A stretch of 64,000 nt of DNA from an uncultured Heliobacteriaceae bacterium (GTDB taxonomy: Bacteria; Acidobacteriota; Blastocatellia; RBC074): assembly GCA_964468345.1 (NCBI GenBank), contig CAYXVZ010000023.1:4147-68146 (forward strand), in the 5' to 3' direction. The notes under the pieces are model-generated. The model worked only from the letters and a program-made list of their open reading frames with translations, searched no databases and had not been told where the DNA came from. The position numbers and the translations under genes were made by a program. Below are positions 52,344-64,000 of this stretch, piece after piece; positions within the stretch are counted from its first letter, which is position 1, and each line of letters opens with the position of its first letter.

Positions 52344-53321
52344 TCATCCTTCAAAGGATTTTCGAATCTGCTCAATCGTCCAGCCCGCGCCGAGGGCGAG
52401 CATGAGTTTGATGCGGGCTTTGTGGGCGGGCAGCATGCCGCCGAGGACCGCGCCGAGGGCCGTCAATTGCTTGCCCGCGCCTTCATAGGCATAGGTGTCG
52501 AGCACGCGGCCGCGCGGGCAGCGCGAAGTGATCACGACCGGCAGGCCGGCGCGAATCGCGCGTTCGATGGCGGCGAGCGCCGGCGGCGTGACGTTGCCGC
52601 GGCCGAGGCCCTCGATCACGAGGCCTTTTGCGCCGTCCGCAACGGCAAAGTCGATGAAGCGCCCGTCCGCGCCGACATACATTTTGAGGCAATCGACGCG
52701 GGCTTCGATTCTTTCAGCCGGAATATGCTCGCGATCGAAAGGCCGCCGCATCACGATCACGCGGTCTTTATCCACAAAGCCGATCGGCCCGAAATCGCGG
52801 CTCTGAAAAGTATCAGTCGATTCCGTATGCGTTTTCACGGCTTCTGATGCCGCGATCATCTGTTCGTTCATCGCGACGATGACGCCCAGATTCCGCGCCT
52901 GCGGATCGATCGCGACGCGCACGGCCGAGCGTAGATTTTCCGGCCCGTCCCAACTCAGTTCCGAACTATTTCGCATCGCGCCGACAAAGACGATCGGCTT
53001 TTCTTCATTGAGCACGAGATCGAGCAGGTAGGCCGTCTCTTCGAGCGTGTCCGTGCCGTGGGTCACGACCGCGCCCGCAACGGCCGGTTCCGCCAGTTTC
53101 GCGCGAACCGCAGCGGCAAGCTCCATCATCCGCTCCGGCGTCCAGTGCGGGCCGGGCAGCCGCGCGAAGTCGATCACTTCGAAGGCCGCAATTTCATCGA
53201 GGCGCGGAACCTGCGCGAGGATTTCATGCCCGGAGAGCGCCGGAATCGCGCCGCCCGTCGTCGGGTCGATGCGCATCGAGATCGTTCCGCCGGTAAAAAA
53301 TGTCGCCAGATGTGGTTTCAA
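52344..53321 (-). CDS. L-asparaginase/glutaminase family protein
   Basis: TGGTISM, VTHGTDTLEETAY, GAMR, EGLGRGN. Confidence 0.93.
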   Translation of the reverse strand: MKPHLATFFTGGTISMRIDPTTGGAIPALSGHEILAQVPRLDEIAAFEVIDFARLPGPHWTPERMMELAAAVRAKLAEPAVAGAVVTHGTDTLEETAYLLDLVLNEEKPIVFVGAMRNSSELSWDGPENLRSAVRVAIDPQARNLGVIVAMNEQMIAASEAVKTHTESTDTFQSRDFGPIGFVDKDRVIVMRRPFDREHIPAERIEARVDCLKMYVGADGRFIDFAVADGAKGLVIEGLGRGNVTPPALAAIERAIRAGLPVVITSRCPRGRVLDTYAYEGAGKQLTALGAVLGGMLPAHKARIKLMLALGAGWTIEQIRKSFEG

Positions 53322-53488
53322 ACGGGGTCTCCTTGCATAACTCCGGGACCGTGTGTGGTGCCCATATATTTCTCTCTCCGAATATAAATCAGAGCAGGAA
53401 ACTTTGGCAGAGGGCCGGAGAAATCAAAAGGCAAATGTTGAATCCTGTCTTCTAGATCAATTTTCAACTGCGTATATCGCTTCTTGCG

Positions 53489-53572
53489 AAAGCGGACAGG
53501 AAAATAAACGACAGGAAAATAGTTGATAGATATTGTTTTTATTTTCCTGTCGTTTATTTTCCTGTCCGCTTT
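53489..53572. repeat. Palindromic element with perfect 33-bp arms (gacaggaaaat family)
   Basis: 53489-53521 is the exact reverse complement of 53540-53572. Confidence 0.9.
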
Positions 53573-53671
53573 CTCATCTCTTCATAATGCAATTGAAAAC
53601 CGCTTTAAATCGGCTTCGCGCCGCCACCCTTTTACCTTTTGGCTTCTTCCGTTTTTGCCCGATTTCTTTTC

Positions 53672-56600
53672 TCAGCGTTTCGAAGCGCCCGGCAAGGGAA
53701 CGCGCAGCAGATGGCCCTCGTAAATGAACCATGCTTTGCCCGCCGCTTCCTCCACCCAGAGTCGATTCTCTTTGATTTCGATCCCAGGCAGTTCGAGAAC
53801 CGGCGTGAAGGTGAAACTCATGACGTCATATCGGCCGATCTTGTTTCTCATCGCAGCCCAGAATTCATGCGGCTTGCCGGTGGGCTGCAGGTCTTTCAAT
53901 ATTATGTCGCGTAAAGGCGCGAACTCTCCTTTCACCCATTTCCCAGTTCCTGTTTCAGGATCGAGCAGATACGCCTGATTTCCGAAAGAGGACTCGCCGT
54001 GATAACCGACGTCGGTGAGAAGAATTTCCTTGCGGGAGGGGATCGGTCCGAATGCCATCAGGTTCTTGTCACCGATTTTTCCGATGTTCCACTGCTGCCC
54101 GGTTTGCAGATTACGCCGAATCAGTTCGTAGCTGGTGTTCTCACCCTCCGTTTTCCGCTCGTCCGCGATCAGCCAGATCCCGTCATTGGAAAGGACGGGT
54201 CGCAGGTAATTGCCTTCCACAATCCGGACCGGCGCGGCATCGCCGTCGAATTTCCAGACGCCTGGATTCTTTGAGGTGCCGCCCTGAATCAGCGCGGCGC
54301 CACGCCGCCCGGGAACACCCTGCAATGGGTATATTCCAAACATTCCATTTCTATGAACAAAGTTCGCGATCATGTGGAGCATCGGACACGCCGGCGGTTC
54401 TTCGACCTCGCGGCCGATTCCATTGGCATCGACAACATGCCAACGGCCTATATCTTCCGCTAGACGCGAATAATCAAGTCCCATGCCACTTGCGTTAATC
54501 AATGCGCGGAGTTCCCCACCATCGCCACAAACCTGCAGGACGGGATGTCGATCGTCCGAGGCAAGCACTTCAACGCCGGGCATCTTGTCCTGCAGGTCAT
54601 AACGAAGCTGCATCTCGCCCGTGCGAATAAGCTGATAAAAAAATCCCGCGAGTTGCCGATGCAAGGTGGGATTGTTTTTCGGCGCCTTGCTAAGTTGCCG
54701 AAGCGTGACCCGGCGGCCGCCTTCGCGCGTCAGGCGAACGTATTCATAAATATGCTGATTGCCTTCTTCCGGAACGGGCTCGGGCCCCAAATTCTCGATC
54801 TCATCGCGAAGCAGGAAATTCCGCAGATCCGCCAGTTCGCGCGGGGATAAGCGGCGGATTTTGCGGCGGCCGGCGACCTGATAAAGGCTGAGTTCCGCGC
54901 TTTCGGCTCGGACGCGAACGACAATGCTGGTCGAAAGGCGATTATCTTCAGGCATCACGAGGGCATAAATTTCCTGCGGCCCGGCGGCGGAACGAATCTC
55001 TTTTTGCAGCTTTTCTTCCCAGGGCTGAAAAATTGGGACCATCGAGTCAGGCGATTCGGTAATCACTTCCCCCAGGATATAACCCTGATTCGGATGAAGG
55101 CCAAGCACAAGTTTTCGGGCCGGCAGCGAGTCTTCGCTTTCGAGATATTTTTCCGCCGCTCGGGCCAGCGAGCGATTCGGCGATTTAAGCCATGGCCCGA
55201 TGGCATCGACCGGCAAAGGATCGCGCAGATATCGCGCCGCGGCCAGGAGGGCCATGTGGGAATGCGCGTCTTTGCTGTTCAAGACCTCTTCCTTCAATTT
55301 GGCATCGTTGAGCAAAACCGCGACAAGCCCCGCCGTATAGCCGCCCGCGGCGAACAGCGCCTGCAATCGATCGCCCGCCGCTTTCCGCATCTTTTCGCGC
55401 TCATCAAGCGCAATCTGTATCGAATCCAGATCCGCCCAGCCTTCGCCGATCCGCTCCGCCAGGTCGGCATAGACGACAGGGAGCCCCGTGTTTTCAATCG
55501 TCGCCAGCAATTGCCGCGAGATCTCTGGCTGCGCACGGCGCAGCGCCCTTGCTCGCTCAATTAATCGCGCAGCCACGCCCGGCGGGGCGGGGATTTCATC
55601 GCTGTCTCGCAAAATGCGGCCAATCGTAGCTGGCAAAGGAAGTTCCTCGTCCTCTCCATTGAGAATGGAATTCCGGATCCGGCGTTTGCTTTCTTCAGAA
55701 AAAGTGAGCCGGATATAAGTCTCAATATCCGCCGCCATTTCATCATCAGAAAAACCTCCACTGAGTGCGATGGCGGTGACGACGCTGCCCAGTGCCTCTT
55801 CATTTAGATCAAGATCGCGCTTTTCGAGCACCAGCCGAAGCGCGGGGACTGCCCGCGCATCCCGGTATCGGGCCAGCGTCGCGGCAACGACGCCATAGAA
55901 TTGCGCCTCAGATTCCTTCGTCAATATCTGCAACAGGCCGGGCACCGCCTCGGGAATCTGCAGATCTCCAAGAATCAGAATATATTGATTTCTATCCGAT
56001 TCAGCCCAAGTTTCATCCTGCAACCATGGCAGCAGCCGCTGAATGATCTCCTCTTTTTGCCTGCGTTCCGTGAAAGAATCGAAAGATTCCAGCAGCCAGC
56101 CGACCGCCGCATTCCGCGTGGCTCGATTCTCTCCCTCAACCAATCGAAGAATCAGCGGACACCACTTTTCCTTGTTCTCGAATTGAAAATTGGTCAGCAG
56201 ATTGACATCGACTCGCACGGTCCCGCCATCTCCCGCAACCGGGAAATCCTTCTTTGTCAGAGCAGGATTTGAAAACAGCGAAAGCACATACTCCTGCTGT
56301 CCTTCCCACTCTGTATTGACCAGCGACCTGAGCGCTTCTACGGCTTCGCCGCCGCCGGTGACTCCTCGATCGACGAATGCCTTGAGAATCGTGCGGTATT
56401 TTTCAGTTAGAGCGGAATCAGAGGAATCGATCGCGTTCTGATACAGAAGACCAATGGCTGCCGCCTGAGCCTGCGCATTGGAAGAGGTTGCCAGTCGCTC
56501 CACAATTGGCCGCGCCGCATCCCAATCGAGGCGGGCGAGGGCGCGCAGATCGTCAAGCGCCTCCGGGCTGCGATCGGCCTGCCGGGCCGATCGCAGCAGC

Positions 56601-57130
56601 TCATCGCGATAATAGGAGCTACGCTGGCGGAGCCAGTCCCGAAGATTCGGTTTATAAATCGGATCGAGATGATCGAGCGCGTCGCTTTCCAGAAGCTTGT
56701 ACAAACGATCGTGTGTATCCGGCCTGTCAGGCAACTGCGGCAGAAAATGGAACGCAAGCGTGGGATCATCCTCCACGGCATCGAGCAGCCGAGCCGCGAC
56801 CTTTTCAGAAGGCCGCTGGGTCATCGCCGACGGAATGCTGCCCCGGTCTTTCCAGTACGAAATCAACGCTGCGATGGGCGCATCATCGGCCGGCGGTTTC
56901 GCTTCTTCGGCGGATGTTGTATCTTCGCCCTCCTTGCCGGACAACGAAAAATCCCGCGGCGGCGGCGCAAGATCGAGCAGTTCCTGGATGACGCTGGCAG
57001 GCGTATCAACCTGCCGGCGCGGCGCCGGGCGCTTGCGAGACGCTTTGCCGGAGGAAGGCGTCTGTGCAGGGAATCGAACGTCCGCGCCGGCCAGCAGGAC
57101 GATCAAGACGATGTTGAGAAATTGCTTCAT
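53672..57130 (-). CDS. Large secreted HEAT/armadillo-like repeat protein
   Basis: Signal-like N-terminus; HEAT-like units (AVPGLLQIL, DARAVPALRLVL); C-terminal beta-rich region. Confidence 0.7.
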   Translation of the reverse strand: MKQFLNIVLIVLLAGADVRFPAQTPSSGKASRKRPAPRRQVDTPASVIQELLDLAPPPRDFSLSGKEGEDTTSAEEAKPPADDAPIAALISYWKDRGSIPSAMTQRPSEKVAARLLDAVEDDPTLAFHFLPQLPDRPDTHDRLYKLLESDALDHLDPIYKPNLRDWLRQRSSYYRDELLRSARQADRSPEALDDLRALARLDWDAARPIVERLATSSNAQAQAAAIGLLYQNAIDSSDSALTEKYRTILKAFVDRGVTGGGEAVEALRSLVNTEWEGQQEYVLSLFSNPALTKKDFPVAGDGGTVRVDVNLLTNFQFENKEKWCPLILRLVEGENRATRNAAVGWLLESFDSFTERRQKEEIIQRLLPWLQDETWAESDRNQYILILGDLQIPEAVPGLLQILTKESEAQFYGVVAATLARYRDARAVPALRLVLEKRDLDLNEEALGSVVTAIALSGGFSDDEMAADIETYIRLTFSEESKRRIRNSILNGEDEELPLPATIGRILRDSDEIPAPPGVAARLIERARALRRAQPEISRQLLATIENTGLPVVYADLAERIGEGWADLDSIQIALDEREKMRKAAGDRLQALFAAGGYTAGLVAVLLNDAKLKEEVLNSKDAHSHMALLAAARYLRDPLPVDAIGPWLKSPNRSLARAAEKYLESEDSLPARKLVLGLHPNQGYILGEVITESPDSMVPIFQPWEEKLQKEIRSAAGPQEIYALVMPEDNRLSTSIVVRVRAESAELSLYQVAGRRKIRRLSPRELADLRNFLLRDEIENLGPEPVPEEGNQHIYEYVRLTREGGRRVTLRQLSKAPKNNPTLHRQLAGFFYQLIRTGEMQLRYDLQDKMPGVEVLASDDRHPVLQVCGDGGELRALINASGMGLDYSRLAEDIGRWHVVDANGIGREVEEPPACPMLHMIANFVHRNGMFGIYPLQGVPGRRGAALIQGGTSKNPGVWKFDGDAAPVRIVEGNYLRPVLSNDGIWLIADERKTEGENTSYELIRRNLQTGQQWNIGKIGDKNLMAFGPIPSRKEILLTDVGYHGESSFGNQAYLLDPETGTGKWVKGEFAPLRDIILKDLQPTGKPHEFWAAMRNKIGRYDVMSFTFTPVLELPGIEIKENRLWVEEAAGKAWFIYEGHLLRVPLPGASKR

Positions 57131-57201
57131 GAAAATACCTTTTGGCTGATCGTTCGTGGGCAATGGAAGCCGAAAGCCGAATCGAAGTGTACCTTGCTGG
57201 A

Positions 57202-60123
<2,922 letters not shown>

Positions 60124-60125
60124 TA

Positions 60126-60183
60126 GTTATGAGTCTTATAGGACCTATAAGACTTATAGGTCCTATAAGACTTATAAGAACTA
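60126..60183. repeat. 9-bp-period tandem repeat (cttatagg family), about 6 units
   Basis: ttatgagtc ttataggac ctataagac ttataggtc ctataagac ttataagaa, between convergent stops. Confidence 0.85.
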
Positions 60184-61509
60184 TTTCTCAAACGCCTCAG
60201 GATGCAAAAATTTCCCTCGCGCTTCCTGCGGTTTCATTTCCTCGACCTGAATGCGGTATTTCTCGGCATAGGCGTCTTTGCGAACGCCGGTCAACTGCCA
60301 TGAAATTTCCATCCCGGGTTTGCCGCCCGCGATATTGAACCGGTTGCCCTGCACCTTTTTGGCGACGAACACCGGCGCATAATCGCCGATCGGCGTCAGT
60401 TGATAACGGAATTCGCGATTGAGCGCCTCGAACCAGTCCGGCAGCGTGACTTCGGCCGAGCCGTCTTTGCCGAGCGTGACGATGCCGTTATAGATATTCA
60501 TCATATCCGGCGATTCGACGAAGGAATGCGAGAGATATTTGTTTTCCGGATCGAGCGGATGATCGATCTTGAATGCGCCGCCCGCCTTCGACAAAAATCC
60601 CGCCACGTGAACGCGGCCGATGAAATAACCGGCGAAGCCATTCGGACTGTCGGTGCGGCCGACCACGCCGTAATTGACGCCCGTCGTATTCGTCGCATAG
60701 CCGAGGACGCCGCGGCCGTTCAAACCGGCATTGAGGCCTTTGACGCCGAAGGTCAGGCCGGTCTCGGCATTGATTTCGCCGAGCACGCCGACGCCCGTGT
60801 TGCTTTTGCTCTCGCCGCGAACGCCGATGTTATCGCCGGTCGTCGAAACGCCGATGCCCTCGACGCCGATGCCGTTCCTGCTCAGAGACGTGCCTTTCAC
60901 GCCGATGCCCTCGCTCTTTTCATTCGGATCAGTCGATTCATGCAGTCCCTGCCCGAACACGCCGATGCCGATGTTGCTGAACGATCCGGCATGAACGCCG
61001 AAATTCGAACCCTTTTTCCCCTGCGACAAAGCATACACGGCGCTGCCGGTCGTCACCTCGTCCGGATCTTTCGAAGGCTGCAAAACGGCTTGAATCGTAT
61101 TGGCGCTGTTTCTGTCTTCGGGCATGTAATACACGCGGAGCCGGATGTTCGCTCCCGGCGTTGTGCCGATCGCGACGTTGCCGCCGTCCTCCACAATCAC
61201 ATCTTCCAGATCGAGTCTTCCCCGCTTGACGCTGGCCGCGGCCGCGCCCGGCTCCTTGATCGTCAGCGTCCAGTCATATACCCCCTCTTTTTGCGCCGGC
61301 CAGAGAATCTCGTTCTTCGCAACCGTTCCGCTGTCATAAATGGCCGCGCCGGTGTGATCGTGAATCTGCAATCGCAGCGTTTCGACCGGTCGCAGACTAG
61401 AAAAGCGCAGTTGCCGCGCGCCGGCCGCCGGTGCGCTCTGCGCAAGGCTGACGGAAGAAAGCAGCAGCGTCAGCAGCAGGCTGAAAAATATTTTTGAAAT
61501 CGTCGACAT
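60181..61509 (-). CDS. Secreted fibre/adhesin-like protein with Gly-rich beta repeats and an S74-like chaperone-type C-terminus
   Basis: Signal peptide; repeated GVxG units; FKIDHPLDPENKYLSHSFVESP...LPDWFEALN; GGAGGT SD. Confidence 0.7.
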   Translation of the reverse strand: MSTISKIFFSLLLTLLLSSVSLAQSAPAAGARQLRFSSLRPVETLRLQIHDHTGAAIYDSGTVAKNEILWPAQKEGVYDWTLTIKEPGAAAASVKRGRLDLEDVIVEDGGNVAIGTTPGANIRLRVYYMPEDRNSANTIQAVLQPSKDPDEVTTGSAVYALSQGKKGSNFGVHAGSFSNIGIGVFGQGLHESTDPNEKSEGIGVKGTSLSRNGIGVEGIGVSTTGDNIGVRGESKSNTGVGVLGEINAETGLTFGVKGLNAGLNGRGVLGYATNTTGVNYGVVGRTDSPNGFAGYFIGRVHVAGFLSKAGGAFKIDHPLDPENKYLSHSFVESPDMMNIYNGIVTLGKDGSAEVTLPDWFEALNREFRYQLTPIGDYAPVFVAKKVQGNRFNIAGGKPGMEISWQLTGVRKDAYAEKYRIQVEEMKPQEARGKFLHPEAFEK

Positions 61510-61695
61510 GAAATTTACCTCCAAATCAGTATTTAGCGAGATCTCCCGATCTGCGGGCAGACCTTCGTCGTTGCGCATGGACCGTAAGACGGCCCACGCT
61601 ACACGTTCCGATGGACTTCAAACGAGCATCGCCGCGTTTGATTGGCGTTTCGACCTAGAAGACGGAGAGCGAGATTCAGACCGGCCATTGCCGCG

Positions 61696-61738
61696 AAAAA
61701 AATAAGGGAGATCCAATTGAGAAAATCGAATCTCCCTT
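61696..61738 (-). terminator. Rho-independent terminator after the small peptide gene
   Basis: aagggagat/atctccctt stem followed by a T tract on the minus strand. Confidence 0.65.
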
Positions 61739-61769
61739 CCGAGTGCGATGGAGCAATTCCCTGGAGAGC

Positions 61770-61964
61770 TTATGAGAGAAGACGCTGCACGAGCCCGATC
61801 AGAATCGCGATGATCCCGGACGGTCCGGGCGGCACTGGCGCCGGCGCCGGTTGCGGCGGAATGCCCGTCCCCGTCGAAGCCAACGAGTTCGCGGCAAAGA
61901 CGAGGCAAAGAGCGAAGGCAATGGCGACTTTCGCCACAGTCGATGTGGATAACACGTTTTTCAT
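61770..61964 (-). CDS. 64-aa secreted Pro-rich peptide
   Basis: AAAGGA SD, signal peptide ending ANSLA, PPQPAPAPVPPGP linker, hydrophobic C-terminal helix, own terminator. Confidence 0.65.
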   Translation of the reverse strand: MKNVLSTSTVAKVAIAFALCLVFAANSLASTGTGIPPQPAPAPVPPGPSGIIAILIGLVQRLLS

Positions 61965-62216
61965 ATGCAACAGATCCTTTCAAATTTCGAAATTGAAATC
62001 GATCGGGGCGCAAACTGCCGGGGCGGCATGCCCCGGCACTGTCACATGACGGAATCCGGGTTCCCATCCGGCCATGGCAAAAATTTTTTCCGCCTGCAGG
62101 TACGCCTGGGCGCTCTTATCTTCAGTTCTCAGGATGTAAGGGGAACGAAGCGCTGATCCGATCAAGGAGTTGCTTCGCTTCGAAAAAATATCAGCCAATT
62201 GCGTGAGGTTTTATTG

Positions 62217-62792
62217 ATGACGCAATCATCCGCACAGCAAATCACACATCTGTTACTCGCATGGAGAGAAGGCGATCAGGTCGCATTGCAGCGCCTGATG
62301 CCGCTGGTCTATGAAGAACTGCGCCGCATCGCAAGACATTTCATGCATGGCCAGCGCCCGGGCCATGCCCTGCAAACAACCGATCTCGTCAACGAAGCCT
62401 ATCTGCGGTTGATCGATTCCAGCCGCGTCAACTGGCAAAGCCGAACCCATTTTTTCGCCGTTGCGGCGCAACTGATGCGGCGCATCCTGGTGGATATTGC
62501 CCGGCGGCAGGCCAGCCTGAAACGGGGCGAAGGAGCGCGGCAGGTTTCGCTGGAGCGGGCGATGGATTTTTCAGCCGCGCCGGCAACGGACCTTGTCGCG
62601 CTGGATGACGCGCTCAATACGCTGGCGACGATGAACCCGCGGCAAAGCCAGATTGTTGAACTGCGGTATTTCGGCGGGCTGAGCGAAGCCGAAACGGCCG
62701 AAGCCCTCGGCATCTCGGAACGAACGGTTCGGCGGGACTGGAATCTGGCGCGCGCCTGGCTCTATCGGGAACTATCCCAAGCAACCGCGTGA
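62217..62792 (+). CDS. ECF sigma factor, kinase-associated type (TIGR02999-like)
   Basis: ITHLL.AW.EGD..AL..L.PLVYEELRRIA, LQTTDLVNEAYLRL, VELRYFGGL, RDW..ARAWL. Confidence 0.92.
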   Translation: MTQSSAQQITHLLLAWREGDQVALQRLMPLVYEELRRIARHFMHGQRPGHALQTTDLVNEAYLRLIDSSRVNWQSRTHFFAVAAQLMRRILVDIARRQASLKRGEGARQVSLERAMDFSAAPATDLVALDDALNTLATMNPRQSQIVELRYFGGLSEAETAEALGISERTVRRDWNLARAWLYRELSQATA

Positions 62793-62826
62793 ACGCATCC
62801 CTCATCAAGTGTTCGGTTCAATAAAC

Positions 62827-64000
62827 ATGATGACTCCGGAACGATGGGAACAAGTCGCCGATCTGTTTCACGAAGCGCTCGCGCGGCCGCGCGAACAGCG
62901 CGCCTGCCTGTTGCAACTGGCCTGCAAGGGAGACGAGGCGTTGCGCGTCGAGGTCGAATCGCTGCTCGCCGCCGATGCCGAAGCCGAGGGGTTCATTGCC
63001 GATCCCGCCGTCAAAGAGGCGGCCCGGATGCTTGTCCGGCAACCGGAATCGCAGGAGATCAGCAAAACAACATTGCCCGACGGATCACGACTCGGCCCCT
63101 ACGATATTCTCTCGCTGGTGGGCGCAGGCGGCATGGGCGAAGTCTATCTGGCGAACGATCCGCGCCTGCATCGCCCGGTCGCGCTCAAATTGCTGCCCGC
63201 CGCCTTTGCAAACGATGACGCCCGCGTGCGGCGCTTTGACCGGGAAGCCCGCGCCGTTTCCGCGCTCAATCATCCGAATATCCTGACGGTGTATGAAATC
63301 GGCGAAGCGGAAGGACGCCGCTTCATTGCGACGGAATTTGTCGCGGGCCAGACGCTGCGGGAGCTTCTCTCGCAGGGGCGAATCCCGCTGGGCTCCGTGC
63401 TCGACATCGCGATTCAGATCGCGAGCGCCCTGCAGTTCGCGCACGAAGCGGGCATCATTCATAGAGATATCAAGCCCGAAAACATCATGTTGCGGCCGGA
63501 TGGTCTGGTGAAAGTGCTGGATTTCGGACTCGCCAAAATCCAGGAATTGCGGAATGCGGATTTCGGAATGTGGATTGAAGACAGTGACGGCGTAAACAGC
63601 ACCAATCCGCATTCCGCAATCCGCAATCCGCAATTAACGCCCCCCGGCCTCGTGATGGGCACCGTTACCTATATGTCGCCGGAGCAGATCCAGGGTGATC
63701 CCGTCGATGCGCGCAGCGATCTGTTCAGCCTCGGCGTGATGATCTATGAAATGCTGGCCGGCGAGCGCCCTTTCCAGGCGCAATACACCAGTCATCTGAT
63801 TCTGGCCATTCTCGACCAGCCGCCCACGCCGCTTTCAAAGCCCGCGCCGGATCTGCCGCCTGAACTCGATGCCCTGCTGATAAAAGCGCTGCAGAAAGAT
63901 CCCTCGCAGCGATACCAAACCGCCGCGGAGTTGATCGCCGCCTTGAAAGCCTTCCGGCGGACGGCGGAGGTGCCGACCGATCGACTTTCGATTTCCCGCC
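62827..64000 (+). CDS. Hanks-type Ser/Thr protein kinase (3' end outside window; absent from ORF track)
   Basis: MMTPERWEQV..LF; GAGGMGEVY, VALKLL, HRDIKPEN, KVLDFGLAK, GTVTYMSPEQ, DLFSLG. Confidence 0.93.
   Translation, partial: MMTPERWEQVADLFHEALARPREQRACLLQLACKGDEALRVEVESLLAADAEAEGFIADPAVKEAARMLVRQPESQEISKTTLPDGSRLGPYDILSLVGAGGMGEVYLANDPRLHRPVALKLLPAAFANDDARVRRFDREARAVSALNHPNILTVYEIGEAEGRRFIATEFVAGQTLRELLSQGRIPLGSVLDIAIQIASALQFAHEAGIIHRDIKPENIMLRPDGLVKVLDFGLAKIQELRNADFGMWIEDSDGVNSTNPHSAIRNPQLTPPGLVMGTVTYMSPEQIQGDPVDARSDLFSLGVMIYEMLAGERPFQAQYTSHLILAILDQPPTPLSKPAPDLPPELDALLIKALQKDPSQRYQTAAELIAALKAFRRTAEVPTDRLSISR
63545..63635. repeat. ttgcgga/atccgca hairpin element in frame inside the kinase activation segment
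   Basis: 32-nt arms 63545-63576/63604-63635, 29/32 complementary, 27-nt spacer. Confidence 0.9.

Noticed and set aside
61612-61622. tggacttcaaa resembling the tRNA-Sec anticodon arm
   Set aside because: The anticodon stem does not close and there is no acceptor or T-arm. No tRNA was found in the window.

Overview
64 kb of GC-rich bacterial chromosome, most consistent with Acidobacteriota (Blastocatellia-like). That assignment is an inference from the acidobacterial VWA protein, the ECF sigma/Ser-Thr kinase pair and the DUF1501 protein. About 51 CDSs: secreted hydrolases (amidase, M14, M1, BNR/VPS10), housekeeping genes (xth, threonine deaminase, lpxL-like, lpxB, asparaginase, ppc), an ECF/FecR-anti-sigma block followed by DUF4097, ABC and YdbST genes, a WYL-DinB pair, a TetR-linked DUF2141/SDR/DevBCA-like/ABA4 operon, and several large uncharacterised envelope proteins. 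I found no rRNA, tRNA, CRISPR array or transposase. Two things stand out. (1) An unannotated 122-codon ORF (10914-11282, minus) has an in-frame TGA followed by an fdhF-like SECIS hairpin with a GGUC loop at +18..+21, making it a strong candidate selenoprotein. (2) There are at least 10 families of palindromic REP/MITE-like elements with short-tandem-repeat arms. They occupy most intergenic spaces, nest inside each other, bracket an entire gene with ~116-bp inverted repeats, and sit in frame inside ppc, a kinase activation loop and the lpxB N-terminus.
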